Notes under the pieces: model-generated
Told to the model about the DNA's origin: nothing
Database searches by the model: none
The model's input: the letters and a program-made list of their open reading frames with translations, nothing else
Made by a program: the position numbers and the translations under genes
Origin: Pyrinomonadaceae bacterium
GTDB lineage: Bacteria; Acidobacteriota; Blastocatellia; Pyrinomonadales; Pyrinomonadaceae
NCBI GenBank assembly: GCA_046313635.1
Contig: JBKBYA010000014.1
Coordinates: forward strand, 11,318 to 75,317
Direction: 5' to 3'
DNA: 64,000 nucleotides
In this document: piece by piece, positions 9,407 through 19,170 of the stretch
How the letters are laid out: each line of letters starts with the position of its first letter
Numbering within the stretch: the stretch's first letter is position 1

Positions 9407-9785
9407 CGACGCCCGTGCCCGACGGGCCGAGCTGGTCTCTCGCTGCGAGGCCGCGGCCGACGAGGTCGAGTCGTCGCGAAAGGTGATCGACGCCCTCCGC
9501 AGGGAGATCGACGCCAAGGACAAGGTCCTCGGACTCGCCCTCGCGAAGGGCGATCTCGACGAGTCGCAGATCGCCGCACAGAAGAGCGAGATCGACCATC
9601 TCAGGCGTTCGCTCGAACGGGAGACGGCCGCGTACGAGACGGCCAAAAAGGCCCTCGACGCGTACAAGAAGGAGTTGGCCAAGGTCACCAAGAAGAAGAA
9701 CTTTTTCAAGACGATGACCAAGGTCCTTGCCGTCACCACGCTGGTCGCCGCCGGGGCCGTCGGGGTGCTGCTCGTCAAACCGTAG
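9309..9785 (+). CDS. spanin-like partner: signal peptide, coiled coil, C-terminal TM
   Basis: MKRFAVRMLLSMTLILTIASVGYS signal; overlaps the 3' end of the Rz-like gene; C-terminal VLAVTTLVAAGAVGVLLV. Confidence 0.55.
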   Translation: MKRFAVRMLLSMTLILTIASVGYSQDSASSSPDDARARRAELVSRCEAAADEVESSRKVIDALRREIDAKDKVLGLALAKGDLDESQIAAQKSEIDHLRRSLERETAAYETAKKALDAYKKELAKVTKKKNFFKTMTKVLAVTTLVAAGAVGVLLVKP

Positions 9786-9806
9786 CCGCCCCCAGGGAGG
9801 TCCGAC

Positions 9807-10238
9807 ATGAAAAAGATACTTGCCGCCGTTCTCGTCTTGCTGACGCTGTTTGCCTCGACCGTGGGTCTGCAGGTGAGGCTCCCGGCCCTCTCGAGCTACG
9901 ACGTCGTCGCCCGCACCAGGTCGGTCGTCGTGATGGTCGACACCGGGAACGCGGTCATCGACCGGACGACGGTCTCGTTCTCGATGCTCATGGCTGCCGT
10001 CTTACGAGAGACCGCCGTCGGGATCGCCTTAGACCACAACAATCACATCTTTGTTTCGGTCACGGCCGATTGCGGCAGCCGTAAGTTCGCAGTGACCGGA
10101 CGCCGCGGACGGATCGGCGGCAGGGCTTTTGCCGAGACGCCGAGGGTCGTCGCGATGACGGTCGCCGCGGAGGACTCCCTCGAGGACGCGGTCATCGGGT
10201 ACGTTTGCTACAAAAAGGGCGGCATGGTCGCCGAATAG
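9807..10238 (+). CDS. secreted/periplasmic hypothetical protein
   Basis: GGAGG RBS; signal peptide MKKILAAVLVLLTLFA; two Cys. Confidence 0.7.
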   Translation: MKKILAAVLVLLTLFASTVGLQVRLPALSSYDVVARTRSVVVMVDTGNAVIDRTTVSFSMLMAAVLRETAVGIALDHNNHIFVSVTADCGSRKFAVTGRRGRIGGRAFAETPRVVAMTVAAEDSLEDAVIGYVCYKKGGMVAE

Positions 10239-10840
10239 ATAAATTGGCCAAGAACGACAAGACAAAATACAAGCTCTTCGCGGCGTACTACGTCGGCGAG
10301 GCGAATTTCAATGCGACCCGGGCGGCCGAGCTGGCCGGGTTCAAGGCGTCGACCAAAGGCTCTCTGCAGACACAGGCGAGTGCCGCGATGCAGATGCCCG
10401 AGGTACAGGAGTACATACGGGAGCACGTCCGTGCGACCCAGATCACACAGGAGGAGCTGCTCCGCGAGATGTCCGATCTTGCTCGTTGGAACTGGCGTGA
10501 TCAGGTCGAGGAGGTCGCGACGATGGAGCAGGCCAAGGTCTTTGACACGATGATGCGTGGCAAGGTCAAGGCACTCTCCGATCTGATGAAGCTGCACTCG
10601 TCGGATCTCGCCAAGGAGATGGCCAAGGTACGAAAGGCGATCGAGCAGCACCGCGAGCAGTTCCCGGACATGTCGGACGCCGAACGTGCCGACGTGTTCA
10701 AAGCCTATATCGATCCGAAGATGGTCGAGCAGGTCATGCGTGAACTGCTCGCCGAGGTCGAGAACCGCAAGCGTCTGGCCGAGGCCGAAGCCGAGGTCGC
10801 GGACCCGTTCGGAACGACGGAAGTAGGGACGGTCCAGTAA
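10205..10840 (+). CDS. terS: terminase small subunit
   Basis: LF..YY....FNAT.AA..AG....A......V..YI HTH motif typical of TerS; upstream of TerL; true start may be TTG at 10244. Confidence 0.85.
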   Translation: MLQKGRHGRRIDKLAKNDKTKYKLFAAYYVGEANFNATRAAELAGFKASTKGSLQTQASAAMQMPEVQEYIREHVRATQITQEELLREMSDLARWNWRDQVEEVATMEQAKVFDTMMRGKVKALSDLMKLHSSDLAKEMAKVRKAIEQHREQFPDMSDAERADVFKAYIDPKMVEQVMRELLAEVENRKRLAEAEAEVADPFGTTEVGTVQ

Positions 10841-11322
10841 TGGCAAATATCTATTTTCACCAGGAGTTTCCTGACCGGTACCGCGACGAGCTGACCGGTC
10901 TGATCCGTGAATTCGAGCTGATGCTGCCGCTGTGGGTCCAGCGGGTAGAGGTCAGGCTTCAGGAGCCGGAGGCGGGCGACTGGGCGTCGATGTCACTGCT
11001 CAAGGAGTACCGGCGGGTCAATCTCTTCATCGACACGGAACTGTTTGCCCAGACCCGAGACTATCAACGCGAGGTGGTGCTGCACGAGATAAATCACTGC
11101 TTCAACGCCCAGCCCGGGGACGTCGCCCACGAGATCCTCGCTCTGCTCATCCCGAACGGACCCGAGACCCAGGACGAGGCGGCAAGGCAATTGTTCCAGG
11201 TACTCAAGACACGGATCAGCGAGGCCGTAGAGTCGGCCAACACCGACCTGACCTACTCGGTCCTGCGTTTCGCCGATCACCTTAACGGCCGCCGGCCGGA
11301 CAGTTTCGAGGACTCGTTTTGA
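10840..11322 (+). CDS. HExxH zincin-like hypothetical protein
   Basis: VVLHEINH motif; translationally coupled to terS. Confidence 0.6.
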   Translation: MANIYFHQEFPDRYRDELTGLIREFELMLPLWVQRVEVRLQEPEAGDWASMSLLKEYRRVNLFIDTELFAQTRDYQREVVLHEINHCFNAQPGDVAHEILALLIPNGPETQDEAARQLFQVLKTRISEAVESANTDLTYSVLRFADHLNGRRPDSFEDSF

Positions 11323-11669
11323 TGCAGCTCCCTCCCGTTCCGAAGATCTCGTACGTCGCCGCACCGCTCTCGGTGTGGCGTCGCAACAAAGGGATGGTGT
11401 GTCTCTTTTTCGAGTGCGAGAGCGAGCAGGTCTCTGGTTTTATCGCACTGCCGGTGCCGAAGTGGTTTCGCCGCCACGAGTCGGTCCGGTACGTCCCGGA
11501 AAGGGTCACGACCGGGACCGACAACGGAGCGAAAGGGCTCTCCTACACCAGGTGCCGGGCCGTCCGCCGCGGTCTCAAAGATTATCTCGAAGACGTGGTT
11601 CGACATAAGGTCGACCGCCTGATCGCCCGCCGGCGATACCTCGCCTCACTACCAGCCAACGCAAATTGA
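11319..11669 (+). CDS. hypothetical protein
   Basis: 116-aa ORF coupled between neighbours. Confidence 0.55.
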   Translation: MMQLPPVPKISYVAAPLSVWRRNKGMVCLFFECESEQVSGFIALPVPKWFRRHESVRYVPERVTTGTDNGAKGLSYTRCRAVRRGLKDYLEDVVRHKVDRLIARRRYLASLPANAN

Positions 11670-12994
11670 CCCACACCGTCGACCCCGCACAATCGGTCCT
11701 CCCTCTGCTCGCCGCCCACGGTCTCGTGCCGGCGACAAAGTCGCTGGATGTCCAGTTCCGCCGGCCGCACCCGGCCCAGGCCAAGGTGCGTCGCGAGATG
11801 AAGCGTTTCAACGTCGCGTCGTGCGGCCGCAGATTCGGAAAAACGCACATGTGCGTGGACTGGGTCCTCGAGCCGTCGGTGAAGGACGCCCTTCCGGTAG
11901 CGTGGTTCGCCCCGACCTTCAAGATGCTCTCGGAGGTCTTTAACGACGTCGCGAAGATCCTCGGCAACGAGAACATCGCCTCAAAGAACAAGCAGCAGGG
12001 CGAGATCGTGCTCAAGAACGGCGGCCGGGTCGACTTCTGGTCGCTCGAGGCCGCCCCGACGCTCCGCGGCCGCAAGTACGCCCGCGTCGTCGTCGACGAG
12101 GCCGCCCACGTCAAGTGCGATCTGCAGAAGGTCTGGGAAGAGGTCATCCGACCGACATTGACCGACTACAAGGGCGACGCCTTCTTTATCTCCACGCCGA
12201 ACGGCTACAACTTTTTCCGCACGCTCTTCGAACGCGGCGAGGACCCGAAGTACCCGGAGTGGATCTGTTGGCAGCTCCCGACGACGGCCAATCCGTTCAT
12301 CGACCCGAAAGAGGTCGAGCAGGCCCGCGAGGAATTGGACGAGCAGTCGTTCCAGCAGGAGTATCTCGCGGCGTTTCTCAGGGACGAGGGCAAGGTCTTT
12401 CGGAATGTCGAGGCCAATTTGATCTCGCCGGAGGGACAGACCCCGGAGATGCACGCCGGGCACAATCTGGTCGCCGGTGTCGACTGGGCCCAGATCAAGG
12501 ACTTCACGGTCAACTCGATCGGATGTGCGACGTGCCGCCAGGAGGTGTTTCTCGACCGATTCAATCAGATCGAATTTCACTTTCAGCGTGAGCGTCTGAT
12601 CAGCGAGTGGGTCCGCTGGGGAGTCCGCACCGCCCGCGTCGAGGAGAACTCGATCGGCAAGCCCAACTACGAGGAGCTGGTCCGAAGTGCCCCGAAACTG
12701 AACGACGGACGTGCGATCAATCTGAGGCTCGTGCGTCTGACGTCGGAGTCGAAGCCGAAACTCGTACAGGCCCTCGCCCTTTCGCTCGAGAAAGAGCAGT
12801 TCCAGTTTTTGCCGTCGGTCGTCGGACGCAACGAGCTGCTCGCGTACGAGGCGAAGGTCAACCCCAACACCGGACGGATCGTCTACACGGCCCCGGCCGG
12901 AGCTCACGACGACACGGTCGTCGCCAGATTCATCATGCTCTCGAATGTGCACTCGGGCGGCGTCGCCCGTGTGCTCAACTTCCGAGTGAGATAA
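11666..12994 (+). CDS. terL: terminase large subunit
   Basis: Walker A GRRFGKT, Walker B VVVDEAA, ISTPNG motif, nuclease GVDWA and HDD.V. Confidence 0.95.
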   Translation: MTHTVDPAQSVLPLLAAHGLVPATKSLDVQFRRPHPAQAKVRREMKRFNVASCGRRFGKTHMCVDWVLEPSVKDALPVAWFAPTFKMLSEVFNDVAKILGNENIASKNKQQGEIVLKNGGRVDFWSLEAAPTLRGRKYARVVVDEAAHVKCDLQKVWEEVIRPTLTDYKGDAFFISTPNGYNFFRTLFERGEDPKYPEWICWQLPTTANPFIDPKEVEQAREELDEQSFQQEYLAAFLRDEGKVFRNVEANLISPEGQTPEMHAGHNLVAGVDWAQIKDFTVNSIGCATCRQEVFLDRFNQIEFHFQRERLISEWVRWGVRTARVEENSIGKPNYEELVRSAPKLNDGRAINLRLVRLTSESKPKLVQALALSLEKEQFQFLPSVVGRNELLAYEAKVNPNTGRIVYTAPAGAHDDTVVARFIMLSNVHSGGVARVLNFRVR

Positions 12995-13006
12995 CCCGCC
13001 ACTATT

Positions 13007-14644
13007 ATGTCAATCCTGATCAATGACGAGAGCGGCCTCAAGTATAAGCTGCTGCCGCTGGAGGCCGCGGACGAGGACAAGCCGTCGTACATGTGTGCCG
13101 CCTACATGCGGATGATGCCCGGATGGACGCTGGTCGACGACGTCTACGCCGGGACCTTCCGGATCCGCAAGAAGCGTCGGACGTACCTGCCGCAGTTCCC
13201 TCTCGAGTCGAACGAGGCCTACAACGACCGGTGCAACGTCGCCGTGTTGATGAACGTCTACGCACGGACGGTCGACGCGATGGTCGGGCTGGTGATCGGC
13301 AGCGGTCTAAAGACGACCGTGCCGGACGCGATCAAGGACCATCTCAAGAACATCGACAACGCCGGGACGACCTTTGAGGTATTTGCCCGCGAGATCCTCC
13401 GCGACGCCTTCCGCGGACACTGCGTGGTGCTCATCGACTTTCCGCTGGTGCCGGAGGGTGAGCTGCCGCAGAACCGGGCGGAGCTGCCGAAGATGAAGTT
13501 CCGTCCGTACTGGACGCGGTTCCGTCCGGAGGACGTCATCAACTGGCGGACCGAGGTCGTCAACGGCGAGACGATCGTCACGCAGATCACGTTTCGCGAG
13601 TGTGTGTCCGTGCCGTCGGGCGATTTCGGTGAAAAGGAAGAGACCCGGTACATCCGCTGGTACATGACGACCGACAAAGAAGGCAAGCCCGTCGCGGCCT
13701 ACAAGAAGTACCGCGAGACCGAGCGGCAGGAGCGGGTCGGACGCAGCAACCGAAAGCGGACCGTCAAGGTGTTTGAGGTCATCGCCGAGGGAGTGACGCA
13801 CATCGACCGGATCCCGATCTTTGTCGTCTACGGCGACCAGGAAGGCGGCAAGATCCTCGAGTCCAAGCCGCCGCTGCTCGATCTCGCCCACAAGAATGTC
13901 GAGCACCTGCAGATCGACTCGGATTACAAAAAGGGAGTCGCGATCGCCGGTATCGCACTGCCGGTCATCTCGACGCAGAAATCGGACGACGACCTGAAGA
14001 CCAACTTTGCCTGGGACCAGTTTTTGGTGCTCGGCGAGAACGAGAAGTTCGAGTGGTGCGAGGCGAACGGCAATGCCCTGCCGAACAAGCGTGTCGCACT
14101 CGAGGACATCAAACGCGAGATGGGCGTGCTCGGTCTGAGCCTCATCGCCGAGCGTGCCGACGCCAATATCACCGCGACCGAACGCGTGCTCGACTCGGTG
14201 CAGCAGTCGAACCAGCTCATGGTCATCCAGGACTCGCTGATGCAGGGCCTGCGTCGCGGTCTCGAGATCCACTACCAGTGGATGAACCGCAAGCCGACCG
14301 AGGCCGACAAGATCGAGGTCTCTCTCGGACTCGACTGGACCGAGCTGGTACGGTCGGCCGACCACATGCAGATGCTCTTTGAGATGGCCAAGGAGGATTT
14401 CCTCTCGACGCTGACCGTGATCGAATCGGCGGTCAAGTACGGAGTGCTGCCGAGCTTTGTCAAACCCGAGGACGAGGTCGCACGGCTCAAGAAAGAGGGC
14501 CGCGTCCGGCAGTCCCGATTCGACATGAAGTCGACGACGACCGGAAAGGTCGGAGCAAAGGGCACGAAGCTCGACACCAAGGACGAATCCGGAGGCGACA
14601 ACGAGTCGACCTCGCCCTCCATGAGCGAGAGCGGCGGGTCGTAA
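13007..14644 (+). CDS. portal protein (DUF4055-like)
   Basis: Follows TerL; YLP..P.ES..AY..R, RPYW...PEDVINW, KPPLLDLAH.N..H motifs. Confidence 0.9.
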   Translation: MSILINDESGLKYKLLPLEAADEDKPSYMCAAYMRMMPGWTLVDDVYAGTFRIRKKRRTYLPQFPLESNEAYNDRCNVAVLMNVYARTVDAMVGLVIGSGLKTTVPDAIKDHLKNIDNAGTTFEVFAREILRDAFRGHCVVLIDFPLVPEGELPQNRAELPKMKFRPYWTRFRPEDVINWRTEVVNGETIVTQITFRECVSVPSGDFGEKEETRYIRWYMTTDKEGKPVAAYKKYRETERQERVGRSNRKRTVKVFEVIAEGVTHIDRIPIFVVYGDQEGGKILESKPPLLDLAHKNVEHLQIDSDYKKGVAIAGIALPVISTQKSDDDLKTNFAWDQFLVLGENEKFEWCEANGNALPNKRVALEDIKREMGVLGLSLIAERADANITATERVLDSVQQSNQLMVIQDSLMQGLRRGLEIHYQWMNRKPTEADKIEVSLGLDWTELVRSADHMQMLFEMAKEDFLSTLTVIESAVKYGVLPSFVKPEDEVARLKKEGRVRQSRFDMKSTTTGKVGAKGTKLDTKDESGGDNESTSPSMSESGGS

Positions 14645-14646
14645 CC

Positions 14647-14676
14647 TTCGCTTAAGTCTTTGTCATATGTTACAAT
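14647..14676 (+). promoter_or_regulatory. putative late promoter for the scaffold/capsid operon
   Basis: TTCGCT-18 nt-TACAAT with extended TG; similar element at 38750-38779. Confidence 0.5.
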
Positions 14677-14849
14677 AAAAATTGAGCAGTTATCCAAGAC
14701 CGCTCACTTTCTCCTCCTCGCGTGCTCACGCGGACCAACGGTTCCCCGGCCTTTGGTCCGCGTAATTTACCGCTAACAACCCTCATTCCCCGTGACCGCG
14801 TGACGCGGCCGGGCTTGGTCCTACAAAGGAAAGGGATTTTCCGAAAACA

Positions 14850-15620
14850 ATGGCACTCAAACAAATTCTCACGTCCGATGAGTACGGCGTACTCGCGGAC
14901 CCGGTAAAGGAACACTACGTCCAGGACGGTGACAGCTACAAGCTCGAGACCGACTTTGTCCCGGAAAACGTCGACGGCCTCAAGTCGGCCCTCGAAAAGG
15001 AGCGTCAGGAGCGAAAGAGCCTGGCCGAGCAGATCAAAAAGTACAAGGACATCGACCCGGACAAGGCCCGCGAAGCCTTCACGAGGCTGAAGGAACTCGA
15101 GGAAAAGGAACTCCTCGAAGCAAAGAATTTTGAAGAGCTCAAGGAGCGTCTGAAACAGGAGAAGGACAACGAGATCAACTCCGTCAAGACAGACCTCACC
15201 ACGAAGCTCACCAGGACCGAAGAGAAGCTCAAGCAGGTGCTGATCACGAAGGCGATCATCGCCGAGGCCGCGAAGAAAGAGGCCTATGAGGATTCTCTGG
15301 AAGTGTTTGCCGATATCGCGAGCAAATTTGTGACGCTTGAGATCGGCGACGACGACATTGAGGTCAAGGTCGCGGACGGCAAAGGCAGCAACATCGCCGA
15401 GCTGGTCAGCAACCTGGCCGACACCCCTCAGTTCGGGGTATTTTTCAAGGCCGGAGTCTCCGCGGGAAGCGGGTCCTCGGCGAACAGAACAGGCGGCGGT
15501 GGCGGCGGGTCCGCACGGCCCACAACGAAGAAAGCGTCCGAGATGACGAGTTCCGAAAAGGCGAAGTACATCAACGAGAACGGCCTCCAGGCTTGGACAA
15601 AACTACTTGCTGCCGGCTAA
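14850..15620 (+). CDS. capsid scaffolding protein
   Basis: Coiled coil (GLKSALEKER), GSGS/Gly linker and C-terminal M...EK..YI...G motif; precedes the capsid gene. Confidence 0.85.
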   Translation: MALKQILTSDEYGVLADPVKEHYVQDGDSYKLETDFVPENVDGLKSALEKERQERKSLAEQIKKYKDIDPDKAREAFTRLKELEEKELLEAKNFEELKERLKQEKDNEINSVKTDLTTKLTRTEEKLKQVLITKAIIAEAAKKEAYEDSLEVFADIASKFVTLEIGDDDIEVKVADGKGSNIAELVSNLADTPQFGVFFKAGVSAGSGSSANRTGGGGGGSARPTTKKASEMTSSEKAKYINENGLQAWTKLLAAG

Positions 15621-15672
15621 CCGATCCCGGCCCCCATTCCACAAGCTCAGACCCACCACCTAACACCCCATT

Positions 15673-16662
15673 ATGCCTATCACGAACAGAACCGATTTTC
15701 ACATTTACAACGACGAGTTCCACGGCGGAATGCTCGAGTCGTTGACGCAGTATGCCGGAGTCTTTAACGAGGGCTCGAACGGTGCCATCCGCCTGCTTAC
15801 CGCGGACATGATCGGCGACTACCGGAAGGAAACCTTCTTCAAGTCGCTGGGTCAGGGGATGATCACTCGTCAGGACACGACGTCGAACGATCCCGTGCCC
15901 GACACGAAGATCACCGACGCCGAGCATGTCGAGGTGAAGCTCTTCCGCAAGATCAACCCGTACACCACGACCTACAACGCCTTTCGGGCGATCGGTGCGG
16001 ACCCGTCCGAGTTCTCGTACATCGTCGGCCAGCAGGCCGGACAGGCGATGGTCCGCGAGATGCTCAACACCGTGATCAAGGCCACCCGTGCGGCGATCAG
16101 CGGCATCGCGTCGAACGTCAAGGACGCGACGGCCGATACGCTCAAGTCGATCTCTCACGAGAACCTGCTCGACATGTTCGCTCTCTTCGGAGACAACTCG
16201 GACCGGATCAAGGCCCTGGTGATGCACTCGAAGCAGTGGTTTGACCTGCAGAAGCAGGGCCTGGCCGACGGCTACGAGACGATCGCGACCGGCATCCTCA
16301 ACTCGCACTATGTGCCGGCCTTTAATCGTCCGATCATCGTGACCGACTCGCCGTCGCTGGTCGACACCACGCCGAGTCCGGACGAGTACTATGTGCTCGG
16401 TCTGACGGACGGTGCGGCCGTCGCCTCCAAGATCGACGACGTGCAGATGCTCCTCGATCCGATCTCGGGCGAAGAGCAGCTTCGCGTCCGCCTGCAGGGC
16501 GAGTACAGCTACGCGATCGGCCTCAAGGGCGTTGCGTACGACACGACCGCAGGACCGAACCCGACCGACACCGCGATCGGTACGGCCGCGAACTGGGACC
16601 AGGTCGTGACCTCGCCGTACGACACGCCGGGAGCACTGCTCAAGGTCAATCCTAAGGTCTAA
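15673..16662 (+). CDS. major capsid protein (HK97 fold)
   Basis: 329 aa after the scaffold; FN..SNGAI.L, VMHS, VTDSP.L, NPTD..I.T.ANW motifs. Confidence 0.9.
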   Translation: MPITNRTDFHIYNDEFHGGMLESLTQYAGVFNEGSNGAIRLLTADMIGDYRKETFFKSLGQGMITRQDTTSNDPVPDTKITDAEHVEVKLFRKINPYTTTYNAFRAIGADPSEFSYIVGQQAGQAMVREMLNTVIKATRAAISGIASNVKDATADTLKSISHENLLDMFALFGDNSDRIKALVMHSKQWFDLQKQGLADGYETIATGILNSHYVPAFNRPIIVTDSPSLVDTTPSPDEYYVLGLTDGAAVASKIDDVQMLLDPISGEEQLRVRLQGEYSYAIGLKGVAYDTTAGPNPTDTAIGTAANWDQVVTSPYDTPGALLKVNPKV

Positions 16663-16726
16663 CCTCACCGTAACTGACGGGGCCTCGGACCAAGCCGCGG
16701 CCCCGACTCTCAAGTAAGGAAATCCA

Positions 16727-16957
16727 ATGCCCAAGAATGCAAGAAAATTGTCGCCGAACTTCCCTGCTGGAAAGTTCACCAGCGGCGACTACATCGACCT
16801 CGGGTTCCTCAAGATCTTCAAGTTCACGACGGCGATCACGTCGGGCGTGACGACCGTCCCGGCGGCGGCCGCGGTCGGCGATCTCGCGATCACGACGAAC
16901 GCCACCGGCGACGAGTCGATCTTCAAGAACATCGGCGGTGTCTGGACCGCGGTCTAA
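16727..16957 (+). CDS. putative head decoration/virion protein
   Basis: 76-aa ORF with AAGGA RBS directly after the capsid gene. Confidence 0.55.
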   Translation: MPKNARKLSPNFPAGKFTSGDYIDLGFLKIFKFTTAITSGVTTVPAAAAVGDLAITTNATGDESIFKNIGGVWTAV

Positions 16958-16984
16958 ACCAAGAAGTAACGCCAACCATCTCGT

Positions 16985-17518
16985 ATGGGGAAAACCATTG
17001 TCTATGCGGCGGAGAATCACCCAACGGCTCTCCGCCTTTCGCGTCTGAGGAAGAAATTCGGGGCCAGGTTCCACAGCCGGAACCCTTCGTTCTGGTTCCC
17101 CGGCACTCCTGAGATCCCGGCGAAGAAGACCGGCGAAAGGGTCGTGTGTGAGGCCATCCCGGCCAGGCCGCCCGAAACAGAGGTTTGCGACATGGTCGTC
17201 GTCGACCAGGCCGATTCTCCGATAGTTCGGGCCTATCTCGACCGTGGGTTTGTGCTCGATCTCGGAAAGAACCGGAAGGACCTCGCGAAGCGGACCGGCG
17301 GCAAGCCGACCGTGCGTGTGCTGAGGCCGCGAAAGATCGACACGCCGCCCTCGATCATCGACCCCGAGTCGGACGACCGGATCACCGAGTCGATGAAGGA
17401 GAGGATGTCCCGGAGCAAGCCGATCTCGAAAGAGGGGCAGGAAAAGGTAGCCGAGGTCAGATCGGCGAGAGCGGTCCGCAAGGGCCCCAACAACAAGAAA
17501 CAGAAAAATAAGGACTGA
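16985..17518 (+). CDS. hypothetical head-region protein
   Basis: 177-aa ORF within the structural operon. Confidence 0.6.
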   Translation: MGKTIVYAAENHPTALRLSRLRKKFGARFHSRNPSFWFPGTPEIPAKKTGERVVCEAIPARPPETEVCDMVVVDQADSPIVRAYLDRGFVLDLGKNRKDLAKRTGGKPTVRVLRPRKIDTPPSIIDPESDDRITESMKERMSRSKPISKEGQEKVAEVRSARAVRKGPNNKKQKNKD

Positions 17519-17826
17519 TGGCCCTGACCGATACGGAAAAAGCGTACCTCGCCGAGATGCTGCGGATCCCGCACCCGGACCTGGTGTCGTCGGAGCTGAC
17601 CGAGATCACGCTCTCGCAGGAGACGCTGCTCAAGGCGGACATCGCCCGCTGGCAGGTGATCAGGGGGACCTACGGGTCTTTGAACGGACGCGGCGGCGGC
17701 GGGGTGGTCTTTGACCCGGCGGACGAACGCTCGGCCATCCGCAAGCGTGTGATCGCGATGCTCGACTGCCTCGAGGTGGTCAACGCCTACGCTCGAAACG
17801 GCGGCAACCGCATCATGCGGGGATAA
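17518..17826 (+). CDS. putative head-tail adaptor
   Basis: Size and position after the capsid genes. Confidence 0.5.
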   Translation: MALTDTEKAYLAEMLRIPHPDLVSSELTEITLSQETLLKADIARWQVIRGTYGSLNGRGGGGVVFDPADERSAIRKRVIAMLDCLEVVNAYARNGGNRIMRG

Positions 17827-17832
17827 ACGCAA

Positions 17833-18204
17833 ATGTCACTGCTCGATACCGTCATCTCGCTCAAGGCCGTGGAGTTCAATGTGCTCCTCGGTCTCTTTCC
17901 GCCGATCGAGGGCTCGAGCGTGACTCTGCTCCAGCACGACGGGACGGTAAAGAACTTCAAGCCGACCGACAACCGGCCGCCGATGACCGAAGGCTGGAGG
18001 ACGGTCACCAACCGCTACCAGCAGACGCGTGAGCTGCAGATCGCGACGACCGAGCCGGACTTTTGGAAGGTCATCGGACGCAGCTCGCACCTGGCCATCG
18101 GGACCCACGTCTTTGAGATCGAACGCGGGTCGCTGATGCCGCCGTCGGACCGGCACCCGTACTACACGATCAAGATCTCGGCCACGGGAGAGACCTATGT
18201 CTGA
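17833..18204 (+). CDS. putative head closure/stopper protein
   Basis: 123-aa beta-rich ORF; position. Confidence 0.5.
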   Translation: MSLLDTVISLKAVEFNVLLGLFPPIEGSSVTLLQHDGTVKNFKPTDNRPPMTEGWRTVTNRYQQTRELQIATTEPDFWKVIGRSSHLAIGTHVFEIERGSLMPPSDRHPYYTIKISATGETYV

Positions 18205-18616
18205 GATCGCCATCGAAGGTCTGTCGGCACTCGAGACGGACCTCAACCGCCTGCCGCAGGCCTTTAACGCGATCCACGCGAGATTCTCTCACGCGGCCGC
18301 GGGAAGCTGGAAAAAGTGGATCATCGAGGTCGACGCCCTCGACACGCGGAGGCTGCTCTTCAGCGTCGCCGCACACGCCGCCGGCGTCGTGACCGAAGCC
18401 AAGCAGTTCGTGATCGACACGAGCCGCAACTCGCGGGTGATGTACTCGGACATCGTCGAACGCGGACGCAAGGACGGCAACTACGCCAAGGGCAAGCCGT
18501 ACACCGACGCCTACGGAGGCCGCTACCCGGCCGGCCGGGCCCTCGAGCAGATGTACGAGACCGACGCCCTCGAGGGGATCGCGACCAGGACGCTCAGTGA
18601 GTTTTTGCACGGATGA
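18197..18616 (+). CDS. putative neck/tail-completion protein (HK97 gp10-like)
   Basis: I.GL..LE start, DT..L..S and Y...VE.G motifs. Confidence 0.6.
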   Translation: MSEIAIEGLSALETDLNRLPQAFNAIHARFSHAAAGSWKKWIIEVDALDTRRLLFSVAAHAAGVVTEAKQFVIDTSRNSRVMYSDIVERGRKDGNYAKGKPYTDAYGGRYPAGRALEQMYETDALEGIATRTLSEFLHG

Positions 18617-19119
18617 CGAGAGAGGAATTCTTACAGATCTTTGAAGACATACGCCACGCGATCAGGGACAAGATCGCCGCGAACGTACCGGCCGGCACCC
18701 GGGTCTTTGGCCGTGAGGTGTTTGACGACAACGAGTCGGTCTGGCTCGGACGCCTCGCCGACGACAACGGCGACACCCACTGCTGGAGCGTCTCGTACGC
18801 CGGCTGCCCTGCCCTAGACGACCCCGAGGTTGCGGCGGCGACAGAAGTTTTCCGGCCGACGTACCGGATCATCGGCTACCGCGGGTTCGACTTTGGCGTG
18901 GATGCCGACAACTCGTCGGACAAACACGAGCGAGAGGTCAACACGCTCCGTTGGGAGTTCATGAACGACCCGCGGCTCGGACTCGACGAGTACGTCAACC
19001 GTCACAGCGGCTTTATCGACCAGACCGTACTGGCCCGGATCGATACCCGGCCCGTCCACATCACCCGCGTCGAGATAGGCGTCGAACTGCTGCCCATACC
19101 CTACGACTTCCCGGCCTGA
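18613..19119 (+). CDS. putative tail terminator
   Basis: Position immediately before the tail tube gene. Confidence 0.55.
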   Translation: MTREEFLQIFEDIRHAIRDKIAANVPAGTRVFGREVFDDNESVWLGRLADDNGDTHCWSVSYAGCPALDDPEVAAATEVFRPTYRIIGYRGFDFGVDADNSSDKHEREVNTLRWEFMNDPRLGLDEYVNRHSGFIDQTVLARIDTRPVHITRVEIGVELLPIPYDFPA

Positions 19120-19170
19120 CAAACGCCGACCAACCCAACCACCCTCTAACGGAGACCTCCTAAAAACGCT

